This document shows positions 19,101-29,009 of a stretch of 33,299 nucleotides of DNA, in pieces. Made by a program: the position numbers and the translations under genes. Below the pieces are notes generated by a model. It was not told where the DNA came from. It made no database searches and saw nothing but the letters and a program-made list of their open reading frames with translations. Location: positions 1 to 33,299 of the forward strand of contig JWZX01001549.1 in assembly GCA_001275005.1 (NCBI GenBank). Reading direction: 5' to 3'. How positions within the stretch are numbered: the stretch's first letter is position 1; every line of letters begins with the position of its first letter. The stretch comes from Chrysochromulina tobinii. Its lineage: Eukaryota.

Positions 19101-22100
19101 AGGAGGAGCGGGCCGCGGGGCGCGTGAATGGGTCGCTCTCTCACGCGCCGGATGAAGGCACCGATGAGTGCGCCACAATGCCTGAGATCACGCTCGGGTT
19201 GCTCAAGGAGGCGAGCAAGCGGCTGGTGGCGGCTGCACCCTCGGAAGCCGCCTCGCCCGCCGACCCGGGGGCGCTGCGCACGATCATGCACGGGCTGCGT
19301 CTCGTCGAGTTCGCAGCGGCACTCATGCTCGCCACGGGGCCGCGACGCGCGCCAGAGGGCTGCATAAAGCTGCTGCAGAAGCAGCTGCGTAAGGTGGCGT
19401 CCTGGCTGCGGTGTACGCTGCCGCACGCGGGGCCTGATGCGTCACGAGCAGAGATGCTTGCCAAGGTTAAGGGGTGGGCCCGCGCCTCGCGCACGCTCCT
19501 CGCGTTACGCTCATGCCTCGCCATGTTCGCGGCACTCGCGGCTGACACTCGCGGCGGCACGCAGCGCGGATGGCATGTGGTGGTGGCGCCCTCATGGCCC
19601 GAACCTCTCTACGTCGCCATGGCCTCTGAACCTCAGACCCTCGTCCACGGCGTCAAGCTGCTCTGCATCGCGCGACAGGCGCAGCAAGCGGCGCGAGCTG
19701 AGGCCGCCGCCGCGGGCGGCGGCGGCGGCGGCGGCGGCATCGGCATCGGCGGCACAACAGCGGCTGCGGAGGCGATGGACGTTGACGAGTTCGAGCTGCA
19801 AGTGCCGAGCGAAGCTGCGAACGCGAGCGCCACCGCCTCTGGGGCTGCTACCTCGACTTTGCGCGAGGAGGGCGGCGGTGGCGGCGCCACTAGCGCGGCA
19901 GAAGAGGCGGAGGTGGGCGCGGCGCTGCATGCCATCCTCAGCTGCCTCGACCTGTGGGCGCTCGGCTTCGGCTCGGTCAGCGAGCGAGTACTCGTGGCGC
20001 TCCCAGCCGCGCTCGAGGGGCTCAGTGCGGCCGCGCTGCGCACTAAGCTGCTCGCGCTTCGCACGCTAGCCACATGCATGCGGGCCACCCCCACGCTCAC
20101 CCAAGCTCGGCGTGCGTGGCCTGCCGCGGTTTCGCCGAACCCAGCCACCGCGCCCGCCGTCGGGGGGCTTCTCGGGGATATGGACGTGGGCGGCAGCACG
20201 GTGGTGCGCAACCTGCCCGCGCCCGTGGCGGCTCTGCTCGAACCTTGGCTCTTGGTGGCTGACTCAGCCCTCTTCGGCGACGTGACACGTCGGCTGAGTC
20301 ACGCGAAGAAGCACGCAGCCAAGCTTGAGCTGCCGAAGCCCGAGTGTAGGGAACAGACAGCGGATGTGGAGGCTAAGATCGCCGCGGCCGCCGCCTCGTG
20401 CGACGGGGCCCTCCGGCGCGCGCTAGCGGTGCTCTGCCGCTTTGCACGCGCCGCGCCTGCCACGCTGCCGGCAGGCGGGAGTGCGTGCGAGCTCCGCGCG
20501 TACAACAAGCTTTGGACGATGTCGCTCGGGGTGGCAAAGGAGCGTGGCGACTTTCGCACCATCGTGCGCGACCGTAAGCGCATGCTGCCGCTCACGCCGG
20601 CGGCGCGGCTCGCGCTCGTCGAGGCGCTGCATGCACACGTTGAGATGATGGAGCGGCTGCATGCAAGTGCCAAGGCCGCGGCGATGGAACGGCTGCATGC
20701 GAGCGCTTTGGCCGCGAGCAGTCGCCGTCCTAGCGAATCCACACCGCTGCTGCTCGACGGGCAGACAGTTGATGACGTGGGCGAGAAGTATGAGGAAGAC
20801 CTCTTCGACGCGCTGTATGACACGCAGTGGGCGGTGCGCCAGTGGGTCGTGCGAGCGCTCGGCGTGCTCGCCCCCACGTTCGAGCCCGAGGATCATCGAA
20901 CCTTCCTGCTTCCCAAGGCACTTGGCCCCCTCTTCGGCGTGCCCGAGAGCGCCCCGGCCGAGGCGAGCTTTGGCGTGCCGTGCTTCGCCTTCGTCGGCCT
21001 CAAGCGCGGCGGCGGCGCCAACGGCCTGCTCGCGAGCCCGTGGGGGGGCCACGGGCTTGCGGGTGCGGGCGGCGGCGGTGGTGGGGCCCTGGGCGGGGTG
21101 CCGACGAGCGCGCACGTGCCCTCGCCGTACGTGTCGCCGGCTTTTGAGGTACGTCTGACGGCGCTGCACGCCCTCGCCGCCCTCGGAGCTAGCTCGGCGA
21201 GCTGCACCGACCAGTCGCTGCTCCTCCTCCTGCTCGCGCACGGGCCCGACCCCGCCCGCGCCGCTGCCGCCGCCGCCGCTGCCGCCGCCGCCGCTGCGGC
21301 TGCCGGCAACGAGACGCCGCCGCCACGCGCAGCCCTTCGTCTAGCGGCGGACGCGGCTCTGCGCAGCATGGGGGCGGCAAGTGGGCTGGCACCGTGGCGG
21401 ATGCTGCGCCAACGGGGTCAGCAGCTGCTCGCTCTCTGGCTCCAGTTAAAGCTGCCGCTGCAGCGACTGCCGTGCACTCTCTTCAAGGCCACGCCAGCGC
21501 ACGGCACGGCCGCTGCCCTCACCTCGAGCGTCGGCGCCGCCAACGCGCCCTCCTCCTCGGGAGCCTCCGTCGCTGCTGAGGCGGATGCGAGCGCCGATCG
21601 CGACCTCGCCGCCTTTGTCGCTTCAAGCCGCATCCCTCTCGCGACAGCGGCAGCGATGGCCTCCAACGGCGAGGTCCTCACGACCGCCGCACGTGCGCTC
21701 GGGCTCGCGGGTGGTGCACCCGACCTTTTGCTCGAGGCGCTGCCGCAGGTGCTCGCTCGCCTGCTTCCCATGAAGAATGGGGCGGCTGACGAGCGCCAGA
21801 CGTACACCTTCTCGCTCGACTTTGTATGTAGCATCCTCGCACCACAGCCGCTGCACGCGTGCGCGCAGCCGCAGATGAGCGCTTTGCTCTCTTCCATCGT
21901 CCTGTGCGCCTCGGCCGAGCGCCCCCCAAGCCCACCGCAGCGCACCGTGGCCGAGATTATCGAGGTGCTCATCGCGCCGCCCGACCCGCGCGCCGCCGTC
22001 TCTCGACGACCCCTCGTCGAGTCGCTGCGTTCGCTGCCACCGGTGGCGATGCATGCCCTTGTCCTCACGGTTCGTGGCGCGATCGCGGCGGGCGAGGCGT

Positions 22101-25100
22101 CGCTCGGAGCCCTCGAGGTACTGCTGAGCGAAGCCCTCCTCTCGCCTCAGCAGCTGGGTGCCGGATGCACGCCCCACTTGCTGCAGGCTGGGCTGCTCGC
22201 CCCCGCCCACGCCGCCCTCAACCGCACCACCCTCGCACTCTGCGTGCCGCCTGCCGCCGCCGCCGCCGGCAGCAGCGCCGCGGCCGACCCGGCCGACGCG
22301 GCTGCCGCCTCAGAGAACGCGAAGGTGGATGAGCTGTCGCACGCGTGCGAGCTGCTGCGTCGGCTGCACGCGCGGCTGGGCGCCTTGGCGTCTGTGCGGG
22401 CGGCGCTGCTACCCGCGCTGCTCCGAGCGCTCGTGCCTCTGGCGGCACGCTCGGCTGCGGCCCAGGCGACGCTCGGTGAGGTGCTCCAGCACGATGTCTT
22501 CGCGACAGCCGTGGGCGGGGCCCAAAACCAAGGGGTAGGCTTGGGTGCGCGCGAGGGAGCGAGCGGCAGCCTGGGGGCCAGCCTCGAGGCCTCGTGGACC
22601 GACCCGATCGGATCGTCGGATCGGTTGCATGCCGCACTCGCCAAGCTGCCCCCGTACGAGCTGGTCACCTCGGCCAGCACGCGTGGGCTGCAGGAGCTGC
22701 AGGCGCGCCTGCTGGTCGCTCGAGCCCGCGCGGCGGACGAGGCTTCGAGCGAACGCCTTTCGGCTGCGGCGCAGCTGCTGGCATGCGAGGCAGGCGCACC
22801 CGCCCACGCCCTTGGAGGCTACCCCGCCGTCCGATTGCAAACCGCACGGCCGGTTGCCGAGGCGGCGGCGGCGGGCGGGTGCGGCGAGGCGGTGGCGGGT
22901 GCGGCGGCAGGCATGGTGCTCAGCGGCGTGAGCGAGCGCGGCGCACCTCGCTCGGAGCTCGAAGCGCGGGCTGCAGTGACCAAGGCAATCCTCATCCTCG
23001 GCTCGCCTGAAGCGCTCGAGTGCCCGACGCTCAGCGCGTGGCTCGAGGGTGGAGACGAGGTCGCTGATGAGGGCTACGGCGCCCTCGACCTGCGTGCTCT
23101 ACGGGCCGGCAGCGCGCGCGCGGCGGCGGCAGCAAGGCGCGCCGAGGCTTCGAGAGCGGCGGCTGCCCTCGATGACGAGAGCGCTCTGCACGACGGTGGC
23201 GAGGCATGGTGCCCGTGGAACGACCGAGCGCCGCTGCAGGGCATGGGGCCAGCTCGTGGGGGCCTTGACTCCCAGTCGAGGCTACAGTCCCTTAGGCGAG
23301 CACGCCGCTCGCCTATGGAGCGCACGCGGCGCTGGCTGCTGCGGCTTGCCTCAGCGCCGGGCCTCTCGTCGGCCTTACGAGAGCTCATCAGCCAAGCGCT
23401 CAGCCTGTGTGCCACCCTACCGCCGCCGCGTGCGCTTCTCGAGCCGCTCGCCTCGGACGTGCCACTTCCGCCCTCACAGCTCACCGACTGCGCGGACGAG
23501 GAGGAGGCACTCGGAGCGGCAAGGTCGGCCGCAGAGGCCGCGGGCGCAGCTGACGGGGAGGGCAAGGAGGAGGAGGAGGAGGAGGCCGCCGGCCATGCCC
23601 GGCTGCTGCGCCAGCTCCACGCGGTACTCATCTCGCCGGATGCGCCGCCGCGCCTGTGCGCCCTCGCCGCCCAGAGCCTGTGCCGAGCCTTCGAGTCTGA
23701 CGCGGCGCGCCCGGCGGCCCTGCGCGCGCTCGAGCAGCTGCATCGACAGCCAGCCGCAGCGGCCGCCTACCACCATCTGCTCCCGTATGCCGCGCTTGAG
23801 CAGCTGCGTGCCTCGTTGGCGTCGAGCGGCGCGGCAGATGGCACCGTGAGCGGCGGCGAGAGCGGCGCGAGCAATGCGGCGATGGAGGTTGATGCGGCTG
23901 CGTGGCTCGAGGCGCCGCCGCCCATTGCGTGCGCGCTGGTCTGGGCAATGGGCTCGACGGCGGAGACGCCTGCGTACGATCACGCCGCGTGGCTCTGCGC
24001 AGTAGTCAGTCCTCTGCTCGCCGCCTCAACTGACCCGCTCCTCGCCGGATGCACACCACTCGCGGCCGCCGCGCCCCGATTCGCGGCTTCGATGCTTGAG
24101 GCGGCCGTGCAAGACGTGGCGAGGCAGCCTGCTCACGCGCATGCGCTCGCGAACGCCGTGCACGCTGCCCTCGACCCTCCGGGCCTTGGCGCGATGGCAG
24201 GCGCGAGCGCATGCCCCCCTGCCAAGGCGGCCGCCCTGCTCCGCGTGATCACCTCTCTCCTCCGAAACTCTATACACGCGCCCGCCGCACCCGCCGCCGC
24301 CTCGGCAGCGCTCGAGGCCTTCTGGAGATTGCTCTGCCTCGGTCGGCTGGCCGAGGTGGCAGCGGACCATCAGATGGACGCGACGGCTCTCCTCCTACTC
24401 GAAGCCTCGAAGGCGATCGCCACCGCTACCAGCCCCAGCCACGCCGTCCCTCCTGCTGCCGCCGCCCCTAGCGCCGCGCACGAGGCGCGTGCGCTCGCGG
24501 TGCTGCGGCGTGTGCTGCCCCGCCTCGCGATGCCCGACATGGCGTTGGGGCTGCCGGCAATGGCGACGGAGGCGGCGCTCTCGGCGGGCGCTAGCGGTGG
24601 CGTGGGCGGATTGGTCGGGCTGGGCGGGTTGGTGGGCGCGCGTGGTCCGTGGCTCGTCTCGTCACTCGAACTGAGCCTGGCGGACGTGGGGCTGCGCGCC
24701 CAGCACGGCGCTCAGCACGAGCGGCTACCTGCCGCCCTCGACAGCCTCCATCGGCTGGGCTGCTATGCGCTTGTGCGCGCCGTCAGCTCGGCACGGCTGC
24801 CAATGGCGCCGCCCGCGTTGAGGGTGGCACCGGCGCCGCAGCCTGCGGGTTGGGGTGTGGGCGATTGGCAATCGGTGGCGGAGGGGCAGGCGGAGATGGC
24901 ATGGCGCCTTGGCGAGTGGACGGACGTGCGCGTGCCCACAGGGTCGGGCGTTGCTTTTGACGACGAGGAGATGTGGGAGGCGTCGCTGCCGGGTCTACTC
25001 GACGGCGGCGGCGGCGGCGGCGGCGTGCGCGCGGGTGAGGGCGGCGCCTGCCATGGCGCCTTGGCGAGCGCGCTGCGTTTGCTAGGCCGTCGCGAGGCAG

Positions 25101-28100
25101 GTTCCTTCGCTGCACTCAAACGCACCGTTGGCGGTGCGCAGCAGTCGCTGCTGGCACAGATGGTCAGCCTGCCCCCCGAGGCGAGCGGAGCGCTCGAGGG
25201 AGCGCTCCGACAGCTCCGGCTGTGCGGCACGCTGCGCGAGGGCGCGGGTGGCCTCGCATCCGAGGTGAGCATGACCGATGGGATGAGCACGCCCTGGCTG
25301 CTCCCTTTCGCGCTGGTGGCCGCCGCCCGGCAAGCCCTTGGCGGCGGCACATCGACGCAGGGGATGGCCGACACGCTCGACAGCATGGCCACCGCGGAAA
25401 GCGCCGGCGGGTACGGCGGGTACGGCGGCGGCTTTGGTGGCGCCTCGGAACGTGCGGCACGCGACGAGTGGCTGCAGTGGCGGCGCAAGCGGCTGTCGCA
25501 GCAGCTGGCGGTGCTGCCGCGCGGCGCTCCACTCGGCGAATACGAGCCGCTCGTGGCGCTGCACGTGGCGATGCTGCGGCACATGCAGCCGCACGGCTCG
25601 CGTGCCGAGCAACTTGAGCTTCTAGTCAGCGCCGGCCAGCGAGCGCGCGCCGACGGCCACCAAGCTGGCGCGCATGCCCTGCTTCGGCGGGCGGCTGAGC
25701 TCGCCTCGGCCATCGGCGGGAGCGGCAGCGCCGTTGGCGCTCCGCTCGCGTCGCAAGCGCCGTACGCATCCTGCTCGCAGCAGCTTGAGTCGGAGGGCGA
25801 GGGCTCGGTGCAAGGGGCGACGACTCAGAGTGCGCTGCGCTGGCTGCCGGCGACGTGGGCGGGCCGTTGGGAGCACGCGCTCCTGCTGTGGGACGCGGGT
25901 AGTGACGGGCGCACCGACGCCCTGCTGGTGGCCAAGCGGTTGCGTGACGAGCTTCAGGCGGCCATGGACGCAGCCGCTGGGGTGGGCGGACTGTCCTCAG
26001 CACCGAAGGCGAGCGGCGCGGCGGCAGCGGGGGGTACCGGCGGCCGGCCTCTTTCGTCGAGACACGCGACGCTCCACGTGCAGCTGCTTGCAACGCTCGG
26101 AGGCTGGATGGACGCTCTGCGGTGCGAGGGGCTGGGTGCGGTCCAAAAAGAGCTCGACACGGCGGTCTACCTATGTGATGAGCTTGGGGTGCCCGATGAG
26201 AGTGGCGCAGTGGCGGACGCACTTCTCGGGCTGGGCAGCTTCCACGAGCGACAGTTTGGCGCGTTGCAGCGTCAAGCAGATTCGTCCACCTTTGCCAAGC
26301 TCGTGTCAGTGCACGCACGCACCAGGGTTGAGCTGCGACGCGTGCGCAATGAGCTGCTCACGTTGACCGACACGGCAACCAAGGCGATCGCTCACCGTCG
26401 TAACAAGCTCGAGAATCACGCACGCGAGCTGCGTTTCGCGCTTGACGCGCTCGAGAAGGACTCGCTCGCCACCGTCGACCGGCGTTCCGAGCATCTCCTC
26501 GGCGCGATGGAGAACTACCTTCTGTGCCTGCGCCGCGCGCCTGAGGGCTCGTCGGCCTCCCGCGCGGCCGCCACGGCCGTCTGTCGCCTCTGGATGCGCA
26601 ACCGCGAGGTCCAGCCGCTCTCAGAGAAGGTGCTTGCCTTCTTCGGTGCTCATGGGCAAGGTGCCGCGCCCGCGCTCTCCCGCCCCTTTTTGCCGCTTGC
26701 TTTCCAGCTGTGCGCGCGGCTGAGCACTGCGGCGGACGCGGCGGACGCAATCGACCCACTCTCATGTGAGGAGAGCTTCTCGCAGCCGTCACAGGCATAC
26801 GATCTGCTCGACGAGGGCTCGTACGCGGCGCCCTCAACAGCGGGTGATGTGGGCGTGGCTGAGGCCGAGAAGCCCAACGATGTGCTGGCGGCGGCTGCGT
26901 TCCAGAGAGCACTGCGCACGATGCTCCTCCAGCTGAGCGAGCACGACGTCGATCGCGTCATCATCCACCAACTCATCGTGGCCGCCGAGCCTGCCGGCGC
27001 CGCTGCCGGTACTCACGATGTAGGCGCCTCACAGCAAGCGGCGGCGTCGCTGCTCCAGAAGCTGCGTGAGCGTCGACCGGCCGAGGTGGAGGCATCCATC
27101 GCCCTCGTCGGTGCCCTCCGCCGCCTCGCTTGCTGTCAGGCTCGCGCCGGCGGATGCGGCGACGAGACCCCAGCCAGCCCGCGCGCATCGTACGTTGCCA
27201 TCGCAGACGCGCTCGGCGCGGTAGGCGCCGTGGCGGGTGGCGGATCTGCACCCGACCTGAGCCGCCTGCATGACCACCTCGACATGCGCCGCGTGCCACT
27301 ACGTGTACCCCTCACTCCGGCTGGTAGCGAGGGCGGCGAGCCGGCCCTGATGGTGCGCTACCTGCCGCACTTTATACCTGTTGCCTCGGGCCGGCCGCAT
27401 GCACTCACGGGCGGGGACGGGCCAACGGCGCCGTCTTGGGCGCGCTCCAAGCTCGTCTGGTGCGAAGACGAGGCGGGCGTGCGCCATGCCCAACTGCTGC
27501 GCGCGCGCCCCGCCGGCTCTCTCGATCCTCGGCGGGATGCGCTCGGTTGGCAGGTGTTCGAGGAGCTCTCTCGGCGGCTGGAGGCGGATCCTGCCGCGCG
27601 AGCCCGTGCGCTTCGGCTACGCGCCCCGCGAGTGCTCCCCCTCGCCCCGTCCGCTGGGTTGTATGAGTGGCGCTCGCACTGCCGCTCGATGCACGCGTAT
27701 CTGGCCGACGAGCACGCACGGGCCTATGCCGAGGGGCGCGATCGGATGAAGCTGGTCGAATGCGAAGCAGCCATGCGCGCCGCGCGTGCCGCCGACGCTT
27801 TTAATGCCGCCGCCGCCGACAATGTCGTAGTCGACGACGACGCTTACGCGCAGCCTGCACTCGGCCGCCGCCCCTTGACCGTCGACGCGACGGGTTGCGG
27901 GGGCGCGGGCGCGGACGGCGCCGGCGCCGAGGCGGGCCCAGCGGTGCTTGCGGCATGGACCCGCGTGACGGCGGCCCTGACGCCACAGCTACATCGCTTC
28001 CTGCTCGGCAGCTCTCCCTCGGCTGAGGTTTGGCTCGCGCGGCGTGCGGCGCTCACGCGCTCGGCGGCGGGGGCGTCGGTAGGCGGCTGGCTGCTAGGGC

Positions 28101-28669
28101 TCGGCGATCGCGCACCGCACCGGATGCTCCTCGACAGTGCCACCTCTGAGCTCGTCCACGTTCACATGCAGCCCCTCCTCCTCCAACGAGCTGCGTGCGA
28201 TGGCGCAGACAGTGGGGCGGCTCAGGGTGGCGGCGGCGTGAGCGAGGGCGCGCGCGCGCCGCCGCTGATGCCCTTTCGGCTGACACGCGAGCTCGTGGAC
28301 GCTTTCGGGCTCGGCGGCGTCGAGGGTCCCTTCCGAGCGTCCGCTGATGCGACCCTCCGGCTGGCGCAGGGTGAGGCGTGCACGGCGGCGATCCTCACAC
28401 TCCTCGAGGCCTTCGTTGACGAGCCGATGCGCGGATGGGCCGCCGCCTCCGAGGGCGCCGCCGTGCCGTGGGCCCACGACATGGCTGCCGCCCGTGCCGC
28501 GCGGCTCGATGCTGAGGTGGCGGTGCTCCACGCGCAGCGCCGGCTGGGCGGCAAGCAGGGAGCGGCCGCTCCACTGAGCGTCGAGAGCCGCGTGCGTCAG
28601 CTCATCAGCCTCGCCACCAAGGAGGGGACGCTCGCTGCGCAGCCTATTGGCTGGCAGCCGTGGCTGTGA
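16124..28669 (+). CDS. ATM: ATM/Tel1-lineage PIKK (TAN-like N-terminus, solenoid, FAT, kinase-like, FATC) with degenerate active site; start 16124 or 16187
   Basis: One 4181-codon ORF. ATM-type motifs: PTWDSVL, AMENYLLCL, FLPLAFQLCARL, QLLR...DPRRDALGWQVF, RVLPLAPSAGLYEW, LTRSAAGASVGGWLLGLGDR, PFRLTRELVDAFGLGGVEGPFR, FATC LSVESRVRQLISLAT...GWQPWL. Confidence 0.88.
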   Translation: MSPARAERERPGRDRRPRRTHMSSQAVARRAKLAAADEAQSTLRQPAELNQLVDELQNRLKEGGKEGKVKSANEALKELVDLLVSHKYARAHGATLRDNASASAGRVPTWDSVLKCTLFCLSVSKKLLKALVEKLRLLLGKALEAGPGALRPTSELRVFLYVCQELTDRGGTEAHAAPRAPAKNDGKSAHPDCIGVLLLLASERPQLLARLSPLRRKLLLNQCIEWIIGEPPGVDGAGGGGGDGADSRSDGMGIGGVGASSSRAPAGGGGGIDPSVVATPQLLVQYAQLLSQLVGAWGSDMGVLESTGGGLEAGDDGPFALLTGFMNDVCEKELPYLRKMANQLWSATLHAILCHGANVLHEVAAFGLTPCVLERVLRELREADRGGALAETLASFARCQLACVRLCGLALPVTSARQLSHLVELELRSASAFKQPAALLSTAELSEERWRARSLLQLIADVLALHRPPPSAAAASAAASAAAGVAAAGATGAGASKRQRTSASVPLSTLLLEAVRAPGSPEEYGRWLLLIGCLAERHPGALTPSVRTALVEALTAELPVADGSVGGGWGRLPLLAWALAGLALLEPPGASAPRWVSLWRSLHALVALYEPGTRTLYAGGGDGGAGGASGGAGGSGGSAAGGAGGGGAAGSTERLCFVDLGARCLRVMLERGLLPPSEAAAQAASVIHSSPLFAPLAVRTAGDATAAAAEGRAYLRSMVELSAVLVSAAERGVRAVDEGAAAGGGRGGGGGGGAFDRRRLVRWLTERMYWAPVQPAFEATSPWRCALQLRATRAAWAAGAEHLLLRRVWCAVVTGHGGGGAAVGGTLLGVPAISPGACALPVTWLERPYSSGSEGYDPLLGAASDASWRPSDQAAGVAAAPPCPPRLLRRLVPLATAAGGGPVGAVDEGCEEEEGEWDEGGGGSIEGVPMGLLHLEAFLRHVEALSSNPAPAAAAGCAADGGGGGGGGGGGIALGALGAYASSASLLGVATYEEERAAGRVNGSLSHAPDEGTDECATMPEITLGLLKEASKRLVAAAPSEAASPADPGALRTIMHGLRLVEFAAALMLATGPRRAPEGCIKLLQKQLRKVASWLRCTLPHAGPDASRAEMLAKVKGWARASRTLLALRSCLAMFAALAADTRGGTQRGWHVVVAPSWPEPLYVAMASEPQTLVHGVKLLCIARQAQQAARAEAAAAGGGGGGGGIGIGGTTAAAEAMDVDEFELQVPSEAANASATASGAATSTLREEGGGGGATSAAEEAEVGAALHAILSCLDLWALGFGSVSERVLVALPAALEGLSAAALRTKLLALRTLATCMRATPTLTQARRAWPAAVSPNPATAPAVGGLLGDMDVGGSTVVRNLPAPVAALLEPWLLVADSALFGDVTRRLSHAKKHAAKLELPKPECREQTADVEAKIAAAAASCDGALRRALAVLCRFARAAPATLPAGGSACELRAYNKLWTMSLGVAKERGDFRTIVRDRKRMLPLTPAARLALVEALHAHVEMMERLHASAKAAAMERLHASALAASSRRPSESTPLLLDGQTVDDVGEKYEEDLFDALYDTQWAVRQWVVRALGVLAPTFEPEDHRTFLLPKALGPLFGVPESAPAEASFGVPCFAFVGLKRGGGANGLLASPWGGHGLAGAGGGGGGALGGVPTSAHVPSPYVSPAFEVRLTALHALAALGASSASCTDQSLLLLLLAHGPDPARAAAAAAAAAAAAAAAGNETPPPRAALRLAADAALRSMGAASGLAPWRMLRQRGQQLLALWLQLKLPLQRLPCTLFKATPAHGTAAALTSSVGAANAPSSSGASVAAEADASADRDLAAFVASSRIPLATAAAMASNGEVLTTAARALGLAGGAPDLLLEALPQVLARLLPMKNGAADERQTYTFSLDFVCSILAPQPLHACAQPQMSALLSSIVLCASAERPPSPPQRTVAEIIEVLIAPPDPRAAVSRRPLVESLRSLPPVAMHALVLTVRGAIAAGEASLGALEVLLSEALLSPQQLGAGCTPHLLQAGLLAPAHAALNRTTLALCVPPAAAAAGSSAAADPADAAAASENAKVDELSHACELLRRLHARLGALASVRAALLPALLRALVPLAARSAAAQATLGEVLQHDVFATAVGGAQNQGVGLGAREGASGSLGASLEASWTDPIGSSDRLHAALAKLPPYELVTSASTRGLQELQARLLVARARAADEASSERLSAAAQLLACEAGAPAHALGGYPAVRLQTARPVAEAAAAGGCGEAVAGAAAGMVLSGVSERGAPRSELEARAAVTKAILILGSPEALECPTLSAWLEGGDEVADEGYGALDLRALRAGSARAAAAARRAEASRAAAALDDESALHDGGEAWCPWNDRAPLQGMGPARGGLDSQSRLQSLRRARRSPMERTRRWLLRLASAPGLSSALRELISQALSLCATLPPPRALLEPLASDVPLPPSQLTDCADEEEALGAARSAAEAAGAADGEGKEEEEEEAAGHARLLRQLHAVLISPDAPPRLCALAAQSLCRAFESDAARPAALRALEQLHRQPAAAAAYHHLLPYAALEQLRASLASSGAADGTVSGGESGASNAAMEVDAAAWLEAPPPIACALVWAMGSTAETPAYDHAAWLCAVVSPLLAASTDPLLAGCTPLAAAAPRFAASMLEAAVQDVARQPAHAHALANAVHAALDPPGLGAMAGASACPPAKAAALLRVITSLLRNSIHAPAAPAAASAALEAFWRLLCLGRLAEVAADHQMDATALLLLEASKAIATATSPSHAVPPAAAAPSAAHEARALAVLRRVLPRLAMPDMALGLPAMATEAALSAGASGGVGGLVGLGGLVGARGPWLVSSLELSLADVGLRAQHGAQHERLPAALDSLHRLGCYALVRAVSSARLPMAPPALRVAPAPQPAGWGVGDWQSVAEGQAEMAWRLGEWTDVRVPTGSGVAFDDEEMWEASLPGLLDGGGGGGGVRAGEGGACHGALASALRLLGRREAGSFAALKRTVGGAQQSLLAQMVSLPPEASGALEGALRQLRLCGTLREGAGGLASEVSMTDGMSTPWLLPFALVAAARQALGGGTSTQGMADTLDSMATAESAGGYGGYGGGFGGASERAARDEWLQWRRKRLSQQLAVLPRGAPLGEYEPLVALHVAMLRHMQPHGSRAEQLELLVSAGQRARADGHQAGAHALLRRAAELASAIGGSGSAVGAPLASQAPYASCSQQLESEGEGSVQGATTQSALRWLPATWAGRWEHALLLWDAGSDGRTDALLVAKRLRDELQAAMDAAAGVGGLSSAPKASGAAAAGGTGGRPLSSRHATLHVQLLATLGGWMDALRCEGLGAVQKELDTAVYLCDELGVPDESGAVADALLGLGSFHERQFGALQRQADSSTFAKLVSVHARTRVELRRVRNELLTLTDTATKAIAHRRNKLENHARELRFALDALEKDSLATVDRRSEHLLGAMENYLLCLRRAPEGSSASRAAATAVCRLWMRNREVQPLSEKVLAFFGAHGQGAAPALSRPFLPLAFQLCARLSTAADAADAIDPLSCEESFSQPSQAYDLLDEGSYAAPSTAGDVGVAEAEKPNDVLAAAAFQRALRTMLLQLSEHDVDRVIIHQLIVAAEPAGAAAGTHDVGASQQAAASLLQKLRERRPAEVEASIALVGALRRLACCQARAGGCGDETPASPRASYVAIADALGAVGAVAGGGSAPDLSRLHDHLDMRRVPLRVPLTPAGSEGGEPALMVRYLPHFIPVASGRPHALTGGDGPTAPSWARSKLVWCEDEAGVRHAQLLRARPAGSLDPRRDALGWQVFEELSRRLEADPAARARALRLRAPRVLPLAPSAGLYEWRSHCRSMHAYLADEHARAYAEGRDRMKLVECEAAMRAARAADAFNAAAADNVVVDDDAYAQPALGRRPLTVDATGCGGAGADGAGAEAGPAVLAAWTRVTAALTPQLHRFLLGSSPSAEVWLARRAALTRSAAGASVGGWLLGLGDRAPHRMLLDSATSELVHVHMQPLLLQRAACDGADSGAAQGGGGVSEGARAPPLMPFRLTRELVDAFGLGGVEGPFRASADATLRLAQGEACTAAILTLLEAFVDEPMRGWAAASEGAAVPWAHDMAAARAARLDAEVAVLHAQRRLGGKQGAAAPLSVESRVRQLISLATKEGTLAAQPIGWQPWL

Positions 28670-29009
28670 GGATGTGTAGGGGAGGACTCAAAGGATCCGT
28701 CGTCGGCAGGTCGTGGCCGCGGCTGCGGGGATCGACTGGCAGGAGCTCGGCTGAGTTCCGCTGGTGAGCAACACGTACAACTGGTCAACGGGAGCACTGT
28801 TCATAAACAGTCGTCGTTGCATGCGTCCATCTCGAACGCGTACCTTTAAACGGTGGTCTAGCGCGGGTTAGGGTCAGTGAGGTTCTCGGTGGAGTAATTA
28901 GAAATTTACTTTTGTACTGATGGCGATTGCATGCACGATGCAGAACGGGGGGTTTTCAATTTTGGGTCGAGTTTGGTTTCCGTTACGTCTCGTCTTGTCA
29001 CGTTTTTCC

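Noticed and set aside
16273..28577. Many 60-320 aa ORFs nested in or antisense to the ATM-like gene
   Set aside because: Expected in very GC-rich DNA with few stop codons; low-complexity Arg/Ala/Pro translations without motifs.
16124..28669. Calling the large PIKK TRRAP/Tra1 because it lacks catalytic residues
   Set aside because: Diagnostic motifs around the kinase, FAT and N-terminal regions are ATM-type; phylogeny is still needed to close this.
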